From Planctomycetota bacterium (lineage in GTDB: Bacteria > Planctomycetota > PLA2 > JAEUHO01), in contig JBFWRP010000010.1 of the NCBI GenBank assembly GCA_050248855.1, positions 64,001-128,000 on the forward strand: DNA of 64,000 bases. The letters run 5' to 3'. A model generated the notes under the pieces. That model was not told where the DNA came from, made no database searches, and saw nothing but the letters and a program-made list of their open reading frames with translations. Shown here one piece after another: positions 7,960-16,603 of the stretch (its first letter is position 1; every line of letters starts with the position of its first letter). Made by a program: the position numbers and the translations under genes.

Positions 7960-10524
7960 CTACTCCGATTCCCCGCGCGGCGGGAGGCCCTTCATGGCCC
8001 AGGCGTCCCGGGCCAGCTGCTCGTCGACCTCCAGCCTCAGCGGTCCGGAGCAGGTGCGGGCCAGCGCCCGCATGTCCTGGCTGCGGTACTTCTTCAGCCA
8101 GATGACCACGTCGGCGGGCGCCCGGATCTCCAGGCCCCCGCGGCCGCGCGACCGGGCGATGCGGGCCTGGACCTCGCGCACGATGCGCAGGCCCGTGCCC
8201 CCCGCGCTGCGCCGGCGGCCCGTCCCTCCGCAGTCGTCGCAGACCTCGTGGGTGGCCCGCGCCAGCGCCTGGCGGATGCGCTGACGGGACAGGACGATCA
8301 GGCCGAACGGGCCCATCCGACCCAGGCGGATCCGCGCCCGGTCGCGGGACAGCGCCGCCTCCAGGGCCTTCTCCACCTTGCGCCGCGACGAACGCTGGCG
8401 CATGTCGATGAAGTCGATGACGACGATGCCGCCCAGGTCGCGCAACCGGAGCTGGCGGGCGGCCTCCTCGACGGCCTCGAGGTTGGTCACGAGCGCGGTG
8501 CTCTCGGGGTCGGCCTCGTCGGTCAACCGCCCCGAGTTCACGTCGATCGCCACGAGCGCCTCGGTCGGGTCGATGACGATGCTGCCGCCCGACGGCAGCC
8601 GCGCGCTTCGCCGGTAGGCATCCTCGAGCTGCGTCTCGATGCCGTAGGCATGGAACAGGGGCATCGCGTCCGTGTGGATCTCCACTTCGGGCATGTGCCG
8701 GGCGCGAGCGCGGAGCCGGTCCAAGCGCTGCTCGGGCGACTCCTCGGGCGTGGTGTCCACCGCTGCGTCGTCCGCGGCGTCTTCGTCGTCCGCGACCTCC
8801 TCCTCGAAGTCCGCCTCGAAGTCCTCCGCAGCTCCACCCTCGTCGTCGGAGCCCTCCGCGCGTGACGGGGACGCGCTCGGCGCGGCGTCCTCGCGTACAT
8901 CGGGACGCGCGCCGAGGCCGTCGCCGAAGCCGTCGGCCTCGGGCGGAACCCCTGCCGGTGCCGTGCGGGCCGCCTCCTCGGCGTGCGCGGCCGCCGCCGC
9001 CTCGGAGGCCTCCGTGCCGAGGTCGCTCCCGACTTCGCCTGCGGGCGCTTCCCGCGTGGCGCGCGCGCGCCGCGCATCGGCATGACCCACGGCTTCCACG
9101 GCCGCCGCCTCGCTCGGGTACCAGACCTTCAGCAGGCGATGGACCTGCCCCGCGATCTCCTCGTTGTCGACGACGATGCGGGTCACGTCCGGCGGCATGA
9201 TGTCGCGCACGCTGCGCTCGGCGATGTCGCTCTCGCCCCGGAGCACCCCCGGCGCGCCGGGCTCCACGGCGCGGCGCTGGATGCGCTCCCACTCCTGGAC
9301 GAGATGGCCCAAGTCCGCCTGGAGGGCCGCCGCGTCGGTGGTCTCGCTGGCCGTGCGGACGATCACCCCCATGCCCTCGGGCACCTCGAGGGACTTGAGC
9401 AGGCGCCTGACCCGCTCACGCTCCTTGCCGTGCGGGATCCGTCGCGAGATGCCGCTGCGTCCGGCGTGCGGCATCAGGACCAAGTAGCGGCCCGGCAGCG
9501 AAATGCGTCCCGTCAGCGCCGGCCCCTTGCGCCCGATGCTGTCGCGCGTCACCTGGACGACGACTTCGTCGCCGTCGCGCAGACGCTCGATGGGCGGCGT
9601 GTCCGGGTCGTCGTGTGGCGACAACGGCACGTCGGTGGCGTGCAGGAAGCCCGTCACCCCGCGCCCGAGGTCCACGAAGGCGGCGCCGATGCCGCGCTCG
9701 ACGTTCTGGATGCGACCGCGATAGATGTTGCCTGCCGAGGAACGCTCGCCGGGCAGCTCGATGAACACCTCCTCCAAGCGCCCGTCCACGACGAGGGCGA
9801 TGCGCGCCTCCTCGCGCTCGCGCGCGTTGATGAGGAGCATCTTCGTGCTCGGAGCCGCGGACGGGTCGGGCGCGCGCGGGACGATCTCGATCGCTTCGCC
9901 CGCGTCGCGGTAGTCGCGGCGGCTCCCGCCGCGGCGATCGCGACCGGCCCCGTCACGCCGACCCCGCCGGCCGTCCTCGTCCCGCGATCGCGACGAGCGT
10001 CGCTTGTCGGACGAGGAGCGCTTCTTGTCGGACGAGGAGCGCCGATCGCGGCGACGGTGCGAACCGCCCTCGCGCTCCTCGCGGGCCCTGGACGAGTCCG
10101 ACGCCTTGGCGTCGGGCTCGGCCGCGGAGTCCTTCTTCGTGGTGCGGCGTCGCCGCCGGCGCTTGCGCCCGGCCCCGTCGGCGCCCCCGTCCGTGGCCGC
10201 CCCGGCGCCGCCCGCGGCCGCCTCGCCGGCCGCCTCTCCGGCCGGCGCGGCCGCCCCGCGGGCCGGCTCGGAGGAGGACGGCGTCCGGCGACGGCGGCGG
10301 CGACGTGTGCGCCCTTCGCCAGTCTTCTCGGAGCCGTTCGCGGCGTCAGCGGACGGGGGCGACGTCGCACTCCCGTCGGCGCGCTCCCGCGTCGTGCGAC
10401 GGCGGCGCAGGCGGCGCTTGCTCCCGCCGCCGTCCGCGCCCTCGCCAGCCTGCCCTGTCGCGCTGTCGGTCGTCTTCGCCGACCGGGGCTCGTCGGCCCC
10501 GGCGTCTCGTGCCTCGGAATCCAC
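7960..10524 (-). CDS. rne: Ribonuclease E/G family endoribonuclease with long disordered N-terminus
   Basis: KMLLINA, S1 GNIYRGRI...AAFVDLG, IDVNSG, QLRLRDLGGIVVIDFIDM, Zn-link CDDCGGTG. Confidence 0.92.
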   Translation of the reverse strand: MDSEARDAGADEPRSAKTTDSATGQAGEGADGGGSKRRLRRRRTTRERADGSATSPPSADAANGSEKTGEGRTRRRRRRRTPSSSEPARGAAAPAGEAAGEAAAGGAGAATDGGADGAGRKRRRRRRTTKKDSAAEPDAKASDSSRAREEREGGSHRRRDRRSSSDKKRSSSDKRRSSRSRDEDGRRGRRDGAGRDRRGGSRRDYRDAGEAIEIVPRAPDPSAAPSTKMLLINAREREEARIALVVDGRLEEVFIELPGERSSAGNIYRGRIQNVERGIGAAFVDLGRGVTGFLHATDVPLSPHDDPDTPPIERLRDGDEVVVQVTRDSIGRKGPALTGRISLPGRYLVLMPHAGRSGISRRIPHGKERERVRRLLKSLEVPEGMGVIVRTASETTDAAALQADLGHLVQEWERIQRRAVEPGAPGVLRGESDIAERSVRDIMPPDVTRIVVDNEEIAGQVHRLLKVWYPSEAAAVEAVGHADARRARATREAPAGEVGSDLGTEASEAAAAAHAEEAARTAPAGVPPEADGFGDGLGARPDVREDAAPSASPSRAEGSDDEGGAAEDFEADFEEEVADDEDAADDAAVDTTPEESPEQRLDRLRARARHMPEVEIHTDAMPLFHAYGIETQLEDAYRRSARLPSGGSIVIDPTEALVAIDVNSGRLTDEADPESTALVTNLEAVEEAARQLRLRDLGGIVVIDFIDMRQRSSRRKVEKALEAALSRDRARIRLGRMGPFGLIVLSRQRIRQALARATHEVCDDCGGTGRRRSAGGTGLRIVREVQARIARSRGRGGLEIRAPADVVIWLKKYRSQDMRALARTCSGPLRLEVDEQLARDAWAMKGLPPRGESE

Positions 10525-10681
10525 GCATCACCCTGACCGCGGCGCCCTGTCGGCGCGAGCGGCCCCTGAAAGAGCCCATGCCCGCGTAGGTCGGCGCCGC
10601 CACGAGGGCGGCGCCGAGCCAGCACGGCTCCGTCAGCGGGTGACCACCAGGAGGCCGAGCCCCCCCGAGGGGGCCCGGGGC

Positions 10682-12745
10682 CTAGCGACCGGGAGCGACC
10701 GGGATCGGGTCGACCGACGGCGGGAGCCCTTCGGCTCCCGAACCCTCGATGACGACCGGCATCGAACCGGAACCCGGCGACGAGGGCGCTTCGTACGTGA
10801 CGACGGTGCCCGAGCCGCAGGACGCGCTGGTAGCGCAACGCCCGTACAGGTCCGTGTACTCCGCCGCGACACGCTCCGAGCGGAAGGACAGCTCGTCGCT
10901 GACCGTGACGCTTGCGGCGTCGGTGCCCGTGAGGATGCGCGGCGTGATGGTGATCAGCAGGTGCTCCTTGACCTTCGTCTGCTCCTTGCCCTGGAAGATC
11001 GAGCCCATCAGCGGCAGGTCCCCGAAGAAGGGCACCTTGTCCGCGCGCTCGACCATCCGGTCCTCCATCAGCCCACCGATCACGGCGGTCTGGCCGTCCC
11101 GCAGGATCATGTGCGAGACGAGCTCCGAGGACTGGACACGGGGCAGGTCGATGGTCTGCCCGGCAACGGAAATGCGGTCGAACCCGGGAAGCGGACCGGT
11201 GCCCGTGAGGGCCCGACGCAGCGGGATGACCGTCATGCGGATCTTGCCTTCGCCCTGGATGACGTGCGGCAGCACCAACAGCTGGAAGCCGACGTTGACG
11301 GGACTGTTGCCATCCTCCTCGATGGCGAACGTGAGACCACCATTCTGGTTGGTGGCCGCCGTCGTCCGGGCGTAACGAATCGACTCGCCGATGAAGATCG
11401 TCGCTTCCTGGTTGTCCAGGGCGAGGAGCTTCGGGGCTTGGACGATTCGCGTCTTGGTGTCGCGCTGCAGGAAGTTCCACAGCAGCTGGGTCTGGGCCGT
11501 GGTCAGCGTGCCGTAGCCGTAGGCATCCGACGTGGGCGACGGGAACGGCGTGCCCGAGATCAGGTCGGCGAGGCCGCGGGAGTTGCCGCCGATGTTGAAC
11601 GGCAGGCGGTGGAGGATGTCCGATCCGCCCAGGCCGATCCCGATGCCGCTGCTGTCACCGGCGTCCAGACCCAAGTTGATCGCGTCGCTGCACGACGTGA
11701 CCACGAAGTTCATGTCGATGAAGACCTGCGGGGGCTCGATGTCGAGCTGCTCCGCCATCTCCTTGACGCGACGGACGGTCGGCGTGGTGCCGCGGATCAC
11801 GATCGCGTTCTGCGTGGGGATGTAGCCCACCGAGCCGCCGTCGGTCTCGACGATCGACTGCAGGGCCTGGATGATCGGGAAGTTCTCCACGATCTCCTTG
11901 GGGTCGTCGGTGGGCACCCAGGGGCTGCCGGCCACGACGCCCGAGCCGCCGCCACCGCCGCCACCGCCACCGCCGGACGAGCCGCCGCCGCCGGACGAGC
12001 CGCCGCCGCCACCGCCGCTGCCGCCGCCACCGCCGTTCTGCTGCGACACGATGCCCTTGTAGGGGGCGGGCGGGCGGACGTACTTGAAGCGGTAGTAGTC
12101 CGCATCCAGCTCGAGGCGGTCACGCGGCAGGACCATCAACGTGGAGTAGTCCTGCTCGACGAGTGCGTAGCCTGCGGCCTTGACCACGCTCTCGAGCGCC
12201 ACGCGCCACGGCGTGCCGTTGAGCGTGATGGTGATCTTCCCCTGCACCTCTTCGCTGGGGATGATCACGTTGGCGCCCGCGAACTCCGCGATCCGCTGGA
12301 TCACGGTCTTCACGTCCTCGTCCTTGAAGTCCATCTTCACGGGCTCGGGCCGCTCGATGCGCACGAGGTTGCGCGCCTTGCGCACGAGCACGCCACCGAT
12401 GCGCTCGGTCATGGCGTCCAGCGCCTGCACCCAGTGCAAGTCGGCCACGCGCAGGCTGACGGGCTGATCGGCAGCCTCGGGCGCGACGATCAGGTTGACG
12501 CGCGTCCGCGGCTGGATGAGCTCCTCGACCACCTGCCCGAACGGGGCATCCTGGACGTCCAGGGTCACGACCCCCGAGCCCACGTCCAGGGCCCGGTAGC
12601 TGTCGGGGTCGGCATCGTCGCCAGCCTGGGCGCGTCCCAACGGGAGCGCTACCAGGGTGGCCACCAGGGCGAGGGCCAGCACGCGGCGCAGACCGCGGCC
12701 CCCCAGCGGAAGTTCGCGTCCCTCGGGGACGTCACGGCGTGCCAT
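10682..12745 (-). CDS. Outer-membrane secretin (PilQ/GspD family)
   Basis: N0/STN-like domains (MDFKDEDVKTVIQRIAEFAGANVII), N3 with Gly-rich insert, QLDIEPPQVFID, QAPKLLALDNQEATIFIG, DGQTAVIGGL, KVPFFGDLPLMGSIF, LLITITPRI; GAGGAGG SD before ATG 12745. Confidence 0.92.
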   Translation of the reverse strand: MARRDVPEGRELPLGGRGLRRVLALALVATLVALPLGRAQAGDDADPDSYRALDVGSGVVTLDVQDAPFGQVVEELIQPRTRVNLIVAPEAADQPVSLRVADLHWVQALDAMTERIGGVLVRKARNLVRIERPEPVKMDFKDEDVKTVIQRIAEFAGANVIIPSEEVQGKITITLNGTPWRVALESVVKAAGYALVEQDYSTLMVLPRDRLELDADYYRFKYVRPPAPYKGIVSQQNGGGGGSGGGGGGSSGGGGSSGGGGGGGGGGSGVVAGSPWVPTDDPKEIVENFPIIQALQSIVETDGGSVGYIPTQNAIVIRGTTPTVRRVKEMAEQLDIEPPQVFIDMNFVVTSCSDAINLGLDAGDSSGIGIGLGGSDILHRLPFNIGGNSRGLADLISGTPFPSPTSDAYGYGTLTTAQTQLLWNFLQRDTKTRIVQAPKLLALDNQEATIFIGESIRYARTTAATNQNGGLTFAIEEDGNSPVNVGFQLLVLPHVIQGEGKIRMTVIPLRRALTGTGPLPGFDRISVAGQTIDLPRVQSSELVSHMILRDGQTAVIGGLMEDRMVERADKVPFFGDLPLMGSIFQGKEQTKVKEHLLITITPRILTGTDAASVTVSDELSFRSERVAAEYTDLYGRCATSASCGSGTVVTYEAPSSPGSGSMPVVIEGSGAEGLPPSVDPIPVAPGR

Positions 12746-13008
12746 GGGATTACCTCCTCGCTCCGGGAAACGCGCACCCGACCGCACGCCACACGCAGCA
12801 CGCCCGACGCCTGGATCGGCGTAGGCGTCCGCGTCGGCGCGTCGGTCGGCTTGGCGGTCTCCCGAGCCCCCTCCGGGCTGCGGACCTCTCCGGTGCTGGA
12901 TCGGCTCGCCGCTTGGCGCATTGAACCGCAGGGCGGTCCCGCTTCCAAACGGCTTGCTGACGAAGCTCCAGGAGGCCTGTTTCCGGCGGGTCTCCCCCCC
13001 CAGTCATG

Positions 13009-14535
13009 TCATCGGACGGTCAGTGAGCGGTCGCCCGGGTCCGGGCTACCCCGCCCTCCCGAGGCGCCACCGCCCCGGGCATCCACGGCCAGTCGCTCCC
13101 CCCTGAAGCGGAACCAGACGCGGTTCGTCGTGATCTCGGCGACCTCGATCTCCTCGTTGGTGACGAGCTTGTCGCCCGGTCGGTAGGACCGACCGTTGAT
13201 GTTGGCCAGGCTCCGCTCGGGAGCCGCGTCGTGGACGATGGCCCCGCTGATGTCGAAGCGGAACGCCGACCAGTCTTGCAGGTTCTTCGCGCGGTCCAGG
13301 AGGCGCGCGACCTGGGCGATCACCGGCCCGGCAGCCGGCTGCACCTCGCGGCGCTCGAGGAAGCCCTTCCAGAAGTGGCCGCGGTCGAGGAGCTCCTTGT
13401 AGCGGGCATCCGCCAGCAGCTTCTCCATCTTGGCCAGCTCCGCCTCGGCGAAGCTGCGCGTGACGATCAGCTCGCGACCGGGCTGCTGCTTCAGCTCCCG
13501 GCTGGCGCGGTCGCGCAGGTTGCTCATCCGGTCGACGAGGTCGGGCAGGCGCACGCTGTTGGAGCCGGCCACGGAGGCCACCGAGAGCAGCAGGTCGTTG
13601 GCCGCGTCCGTGATGCGCGTCCGCGCATGGTCGGCGCGCAGCACGTCACCCGACTCCGTGAGCGCCCGCTCTTGCTCGAGCAGCTCCTCGATGGACCGCC
13701 ACGAAGCCTCGAGCGGGAGGACCTGGTCCTCCTGCCGGCGGCGTTCGGCCTCGGCGTCCACGCTCTCCTTGGGCGTCGCCTGCTCACGCGGGTCGACGAG
13801 CGGGTCGCGACGGCTCTCCGAGTTGGCCAACACGTAGGTCTTGGCCTTCTCGGGCCGGAACTCGGCGATGCGCTTGCGCAAGCCGGGCTCGAGCAGGCGG
13901 CGCTCGGCACCCGGGATGGTGATCCCGCGCGGGCTCGCCTTGGTCGGCTCGTAGAAGTACGTCTCCATGTGCAGGTCGAGGCTGTGCTCGACGGCGGGCG
14001 CTTCCTCGGTCTCGGCCGCGGCGTCGGACTTGCCCGTGGGCTTGACCGGCTGACCCGCCGTGATCTGGAAGCCCTTGATGGCGATCAGGCGCGGGTCGTT
14101 CTCGACCAGGTTCAGGAACGCCAGGATCTCCTGGGCCGTCCCGCGGGCCTTCAGCTGGTTGCGGGTCACGAACACGCCGCTGGCCAGCTCGCTCGGCTCC
14201 GGGCGGTTCTGCGGCAGCTCCTCGAAGGAGAGACCGGCCTTGGCCATGAAGCCCGAGAGACCATCGTGGAAGTCCGCGATGTTCTGCTCGGTCGGGAGCA
14301 CCGCGAGCTCCTGCTCTTCGACGGCGCGGTAGACGAGCACGTCGTCTTCGCGCTGCGGGATCTTGCCGATCTCGACGTCGGCGGCGTGGATGCGCTGGTC
14401 GAGCCCGGCGATCTCGCCCTCGAGCTCTTCGATGGTCCCGCGGTCCATGATGATCAGGGCCACGAGGCCGCCTACGAGCAGCACCGAGGCGCCGATCGTG
14501 AGGAACAGCCGTTGGCGTTCGCTGAGGTTCTTCAC
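13009..14535 (-). CDS. PilO-like pilus alignment protein with long C-terminal extension (possible PilO-PilP fusion)
   Basis: LSERQR + TM + coiled coil + LPTEQNIA...GTAQEILAFLNLVENDPRLIAI PilO core; position between pilN and secretin; GTG 14535 with GGGAG SD. Confidence 0.7.
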   Translation of the reverse strand: MKNLSERQRLFLTIGASVLLVGGLVALIIMDRGTIEELEGEIAGLDQRIHAADVEIGKIPQREDDVLVYRAVEEQELAVLPTEQNIADFHDGLSGFMAKAGLSFEELPQNRPEPSELASGVFVTRNQLKARGTAQEILAFLNLVENDPRLIAIKGFQITAGQPVKPTGKSDAAAETEEAPAVEHSLDLHMETYFYEPTKASPRGITIPGAERRLLEPGLRKRIAEFRPEKAKTYVLANSESRRDPLVDPREQATPKESVDAEAERRRQEDQVLPLEASWRSIEELLEQERALTESGDVLRADHARTRITDAANDLLLSVASVAGSNSVRLPDLVDRMSNLRDRASRELKQQPGRELIVTRSFAEAELAKMEKLLADARYKELLDRGHFWKGFLERREVQPAAGPVIAQVARLLDRAKNLQDWSAFRFDISGAIVHDAAPERSLANINGRSYRPGDKLVTNEEIEVAEITTNRVWFRFRGERLAVDARGGGASGGRGSPDPGDRSLTVR

Positions 14536-14545
14536 GACGCGCTCC

Positions 14546-15373
14546 CTACTTGCCCTGCTCGCGTGCACCATCGTCACGCGGGTCGCTGCGCTCGCTGAAC
14601 GAGAAGTCCTCGTCGAAGAGCGCAGCCTCGATTTCGGCGATGTCCTGCTCACGCGAGGTCGGCGACTTCGCGTCCAGCTTGATCGGGTTCAGCATCATGC
14701 CCAGCTTGAAGGCGCCCTTGTACGGCGGGATCAGGTTCTGGTCACCGCTGCCGCGCTGCATCACGATGCTGGGGTTGTCGATGTGCTGGAAGTCGGAGAA
14801 GAAGGCCGTGGGCCCGTTGTCGCGCGCCCCGGTGATGGCCGTGTGGAAGGCGGCCATCACGCTGAGCGCCTGCGTGTCGTCGTCCATCGCCAAGTAGCCC
14901 GTGCAGTCGAGCTTGCCCGCCGACTCGGGTTGGCCCTTGGCACCCTTGCCACGCCCACGGCTCTTGCCGGCCATCTTGCCGACCTGACGCGGGACGTTGA
15001 TGCTGTCGAGCCAAGCCACGAGCTGGTGCTCGCGCCCGTGCGACGTGACGATGTCGAAGAACTGGTCCAGCTTGCGCGACCACAGCGTGCGGCTGCGGTT
15101 GATCGTCTGGATGGCCACGCGGCGCTTGACGTAGACGTCGATCTCCTTCTGCAAGGAGAGGGAGACGTCCCGCAGGCGCTCCTTGGCCACGGCCTCGCCC
15201 TGGCGCGTGTCGCGCAAGTCGCGGGTGTTGGCCAGCTGGATGAAGTGCGTGTAGGCGTACACGCCACCGGCACTCAGGACGGCCACGAGGCCGATCAGGA
15301 CGGCGGCGAAGCGCGCGACCGGCGTGCCGGTGCGCGGGCGGTACTCGGGCGGCAGCAGGTTGACGTGGATCAT
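14546..15373 (-). CDS. pilN: PilN-like type IV pilus assembly protein
   Basis: N-terminal IHVNLLP (INLLP PilM-binding motif), TM helix, coiled coil; ATGA overlap with pilM. Confidence 0.85.
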   Translation of the reverse strand: MIHVNLLPPEYRPRTGTPVARFAAVLIGLVAVLSAGGVYAYTHFIQLANTRDLRDTRQGEAVAKERLRDVSLSLQKEIDVYVKRRVAIQTINRSRTLWSRKLDQFFDIVTSHGREHQLVAWLDSINVPRQVGKMAGKSRGRGKGAKGQPESAGKLDCTGYLAMDDDTQALSVMAAFHTAITGARDNGPTAFFSDFQHIDNPSIVMQRGSGDQNLIPPYKGAFKLGMMLNPIKLDAKSPTSREQDIAEIEAALFDEDFSFSERSDPRDDGAREQGK

Positions 15374-16398
15374 CGGGCGTCCTTCCGGATGCGCGCCGCG
15401 AGACCCACGGCGACAGCGAGCTCGGGGATGCGGTCGTGGAGCGCCTCGACGTTCACGGAGCCGCTGGCGATCGGGAGGTCACCCGTCGGGTCCCAGGCCA
15501 GGGTCGGCCGGCCGAAGATGCGCCCGAGGTCGTCCTCGAGGCCACCCAGGCGCGAGCCGCCGCCGGACAGCAGCACCTCGTCGATCCCCATCTCGAACTG
15601 GTTCTCGAAGTACTCGAAGCTCAGGCGGACCTCGGCAGCAAGGTCGTCGATGGCCGGCGCGACGGCATGGCGCAGTCGCTCCGCCTCCCCGCCGGGGTTG
15701 CACTTGAGGACTTCGGCCTCGGAGTCGTGCAGCGCAAGCCGCGACGCGACGGCCTGCGTGATCGCATCGCCGCCCGTGTGGATCTCGCGCGTGAACAGGC
15801 TGGTGGCGTTGCGCACCAGGTTGACGGAGGTCTTGCTGGCGCCGATGTCCACGAGCGCGGTGACGGTCGGCGCGCTGCCCGGACGACGCACGGCCGTTTC
15901 GAAGGCGTTGCCCAGCGCGAACACGTCCACGTCCACGGCGACGGGCTGGAGGCCGACCTCGGCGAGGGTGCGCATCTGCTCGTCGATCACCGCACGCTTG
16001 CAGGCCACGAGGAGGACGCGCGTCTCGTTGTCGGCCAGGTCGCCGATCCCGTCGCTGTCGAAGGGGTGGCAGTCGAGGATGACGTCCTCGACGTCGAACG
16101 GGATGTACTTGTCGGCCTCGAAGCGGATGGCGCTCTTCAAGTCCTCGCGGCTCATCTTGAGCATCGTGAGGTAGCGCACGATCACGCTCTTGCCGCTGAC
16201 GGAAGTGACGACCTCCCGCGTGTGGAACGAGCTCTCCTGGAGCAGGCGCAGCACCGTTTCGGGCACGGCCTGCGGGCTCGGAAGGGGCGCGTAGCCGAAG
16301 CCGGTGATCACCGGCGCCCCGGAGGCCCAGCTCATTTCCACCGCCTTCACGGCGCGCGTGCCGATGTCGAGCCCGATGAGGGTCTTTCGCCGTCGCAT
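15370..16398 (-). CDS. pilM: Type IV pilus assembly protein PilM (actin-like)
   Basis: IGLDIGTRAVK, FEADKYIPF, ALVDIGASKT, LLSGGGSRL, AVAVGLAAR; start ATG 16398 with GGGAG SD. Confidence 0.93.
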   Translation of the reverse strand: MRRRKTLIGLDIGTRAVKAVEMSWASGAPVITGFGYAPLPSPQAVPETVLRLLQESSFHTREVVTSVSGKSVIVRYLTMLKMSREDLKSAIRFEADKYIPFDVEDVILDCHPFDSDGIGDLADNETRVLLVACKRAVIDEQMRTLAEVGLQPVAVDVDVFALGNAFETAVRRPGSAPTVTALVDIGASKTSVNLVRNATSLFTREIHTGGDAITQAVASRLALHDSEAEVLKCNPGGEAERLRHAVAPAIDDLAAEVRLSFEYFENQFEMGIDEVLLSGGGSRLGGLEDDLGRIFGRPTLAWDPTGDLPIASGSVNVEALHDRIPELAVAVGLAARIRKDAR

Positions 16399-16603
16399 GA
16401 AGGGACTCCCTGGTTCGTCCGCCGGCCGGGAGGCCGGGCCCGGATCCCTTTCGACGCGTCGGTGCCCGGACCTTGAGGAGCACCCGACAGCCGCAAACGC
16501 GGCCTTGCGCACGACGAGCCCGCTGTCGACCGCCGCCGCCGCGTCCCGGGAGATCGCCCGCGGGCCCGGAAGTCAGGGCGCCCGCGCGGGCGTGCCTGCG
16601 GCT

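Noticed and set aside
10004..13186. Very long antisense or alternate-frame ORFs (also 906-3131, 26549-29641, 27400-30237, 39666-42713 and others)
   Set aside because: Arg/Pro/Gly/Ala-rich shadows of clearly identified genes, expected at this GC content
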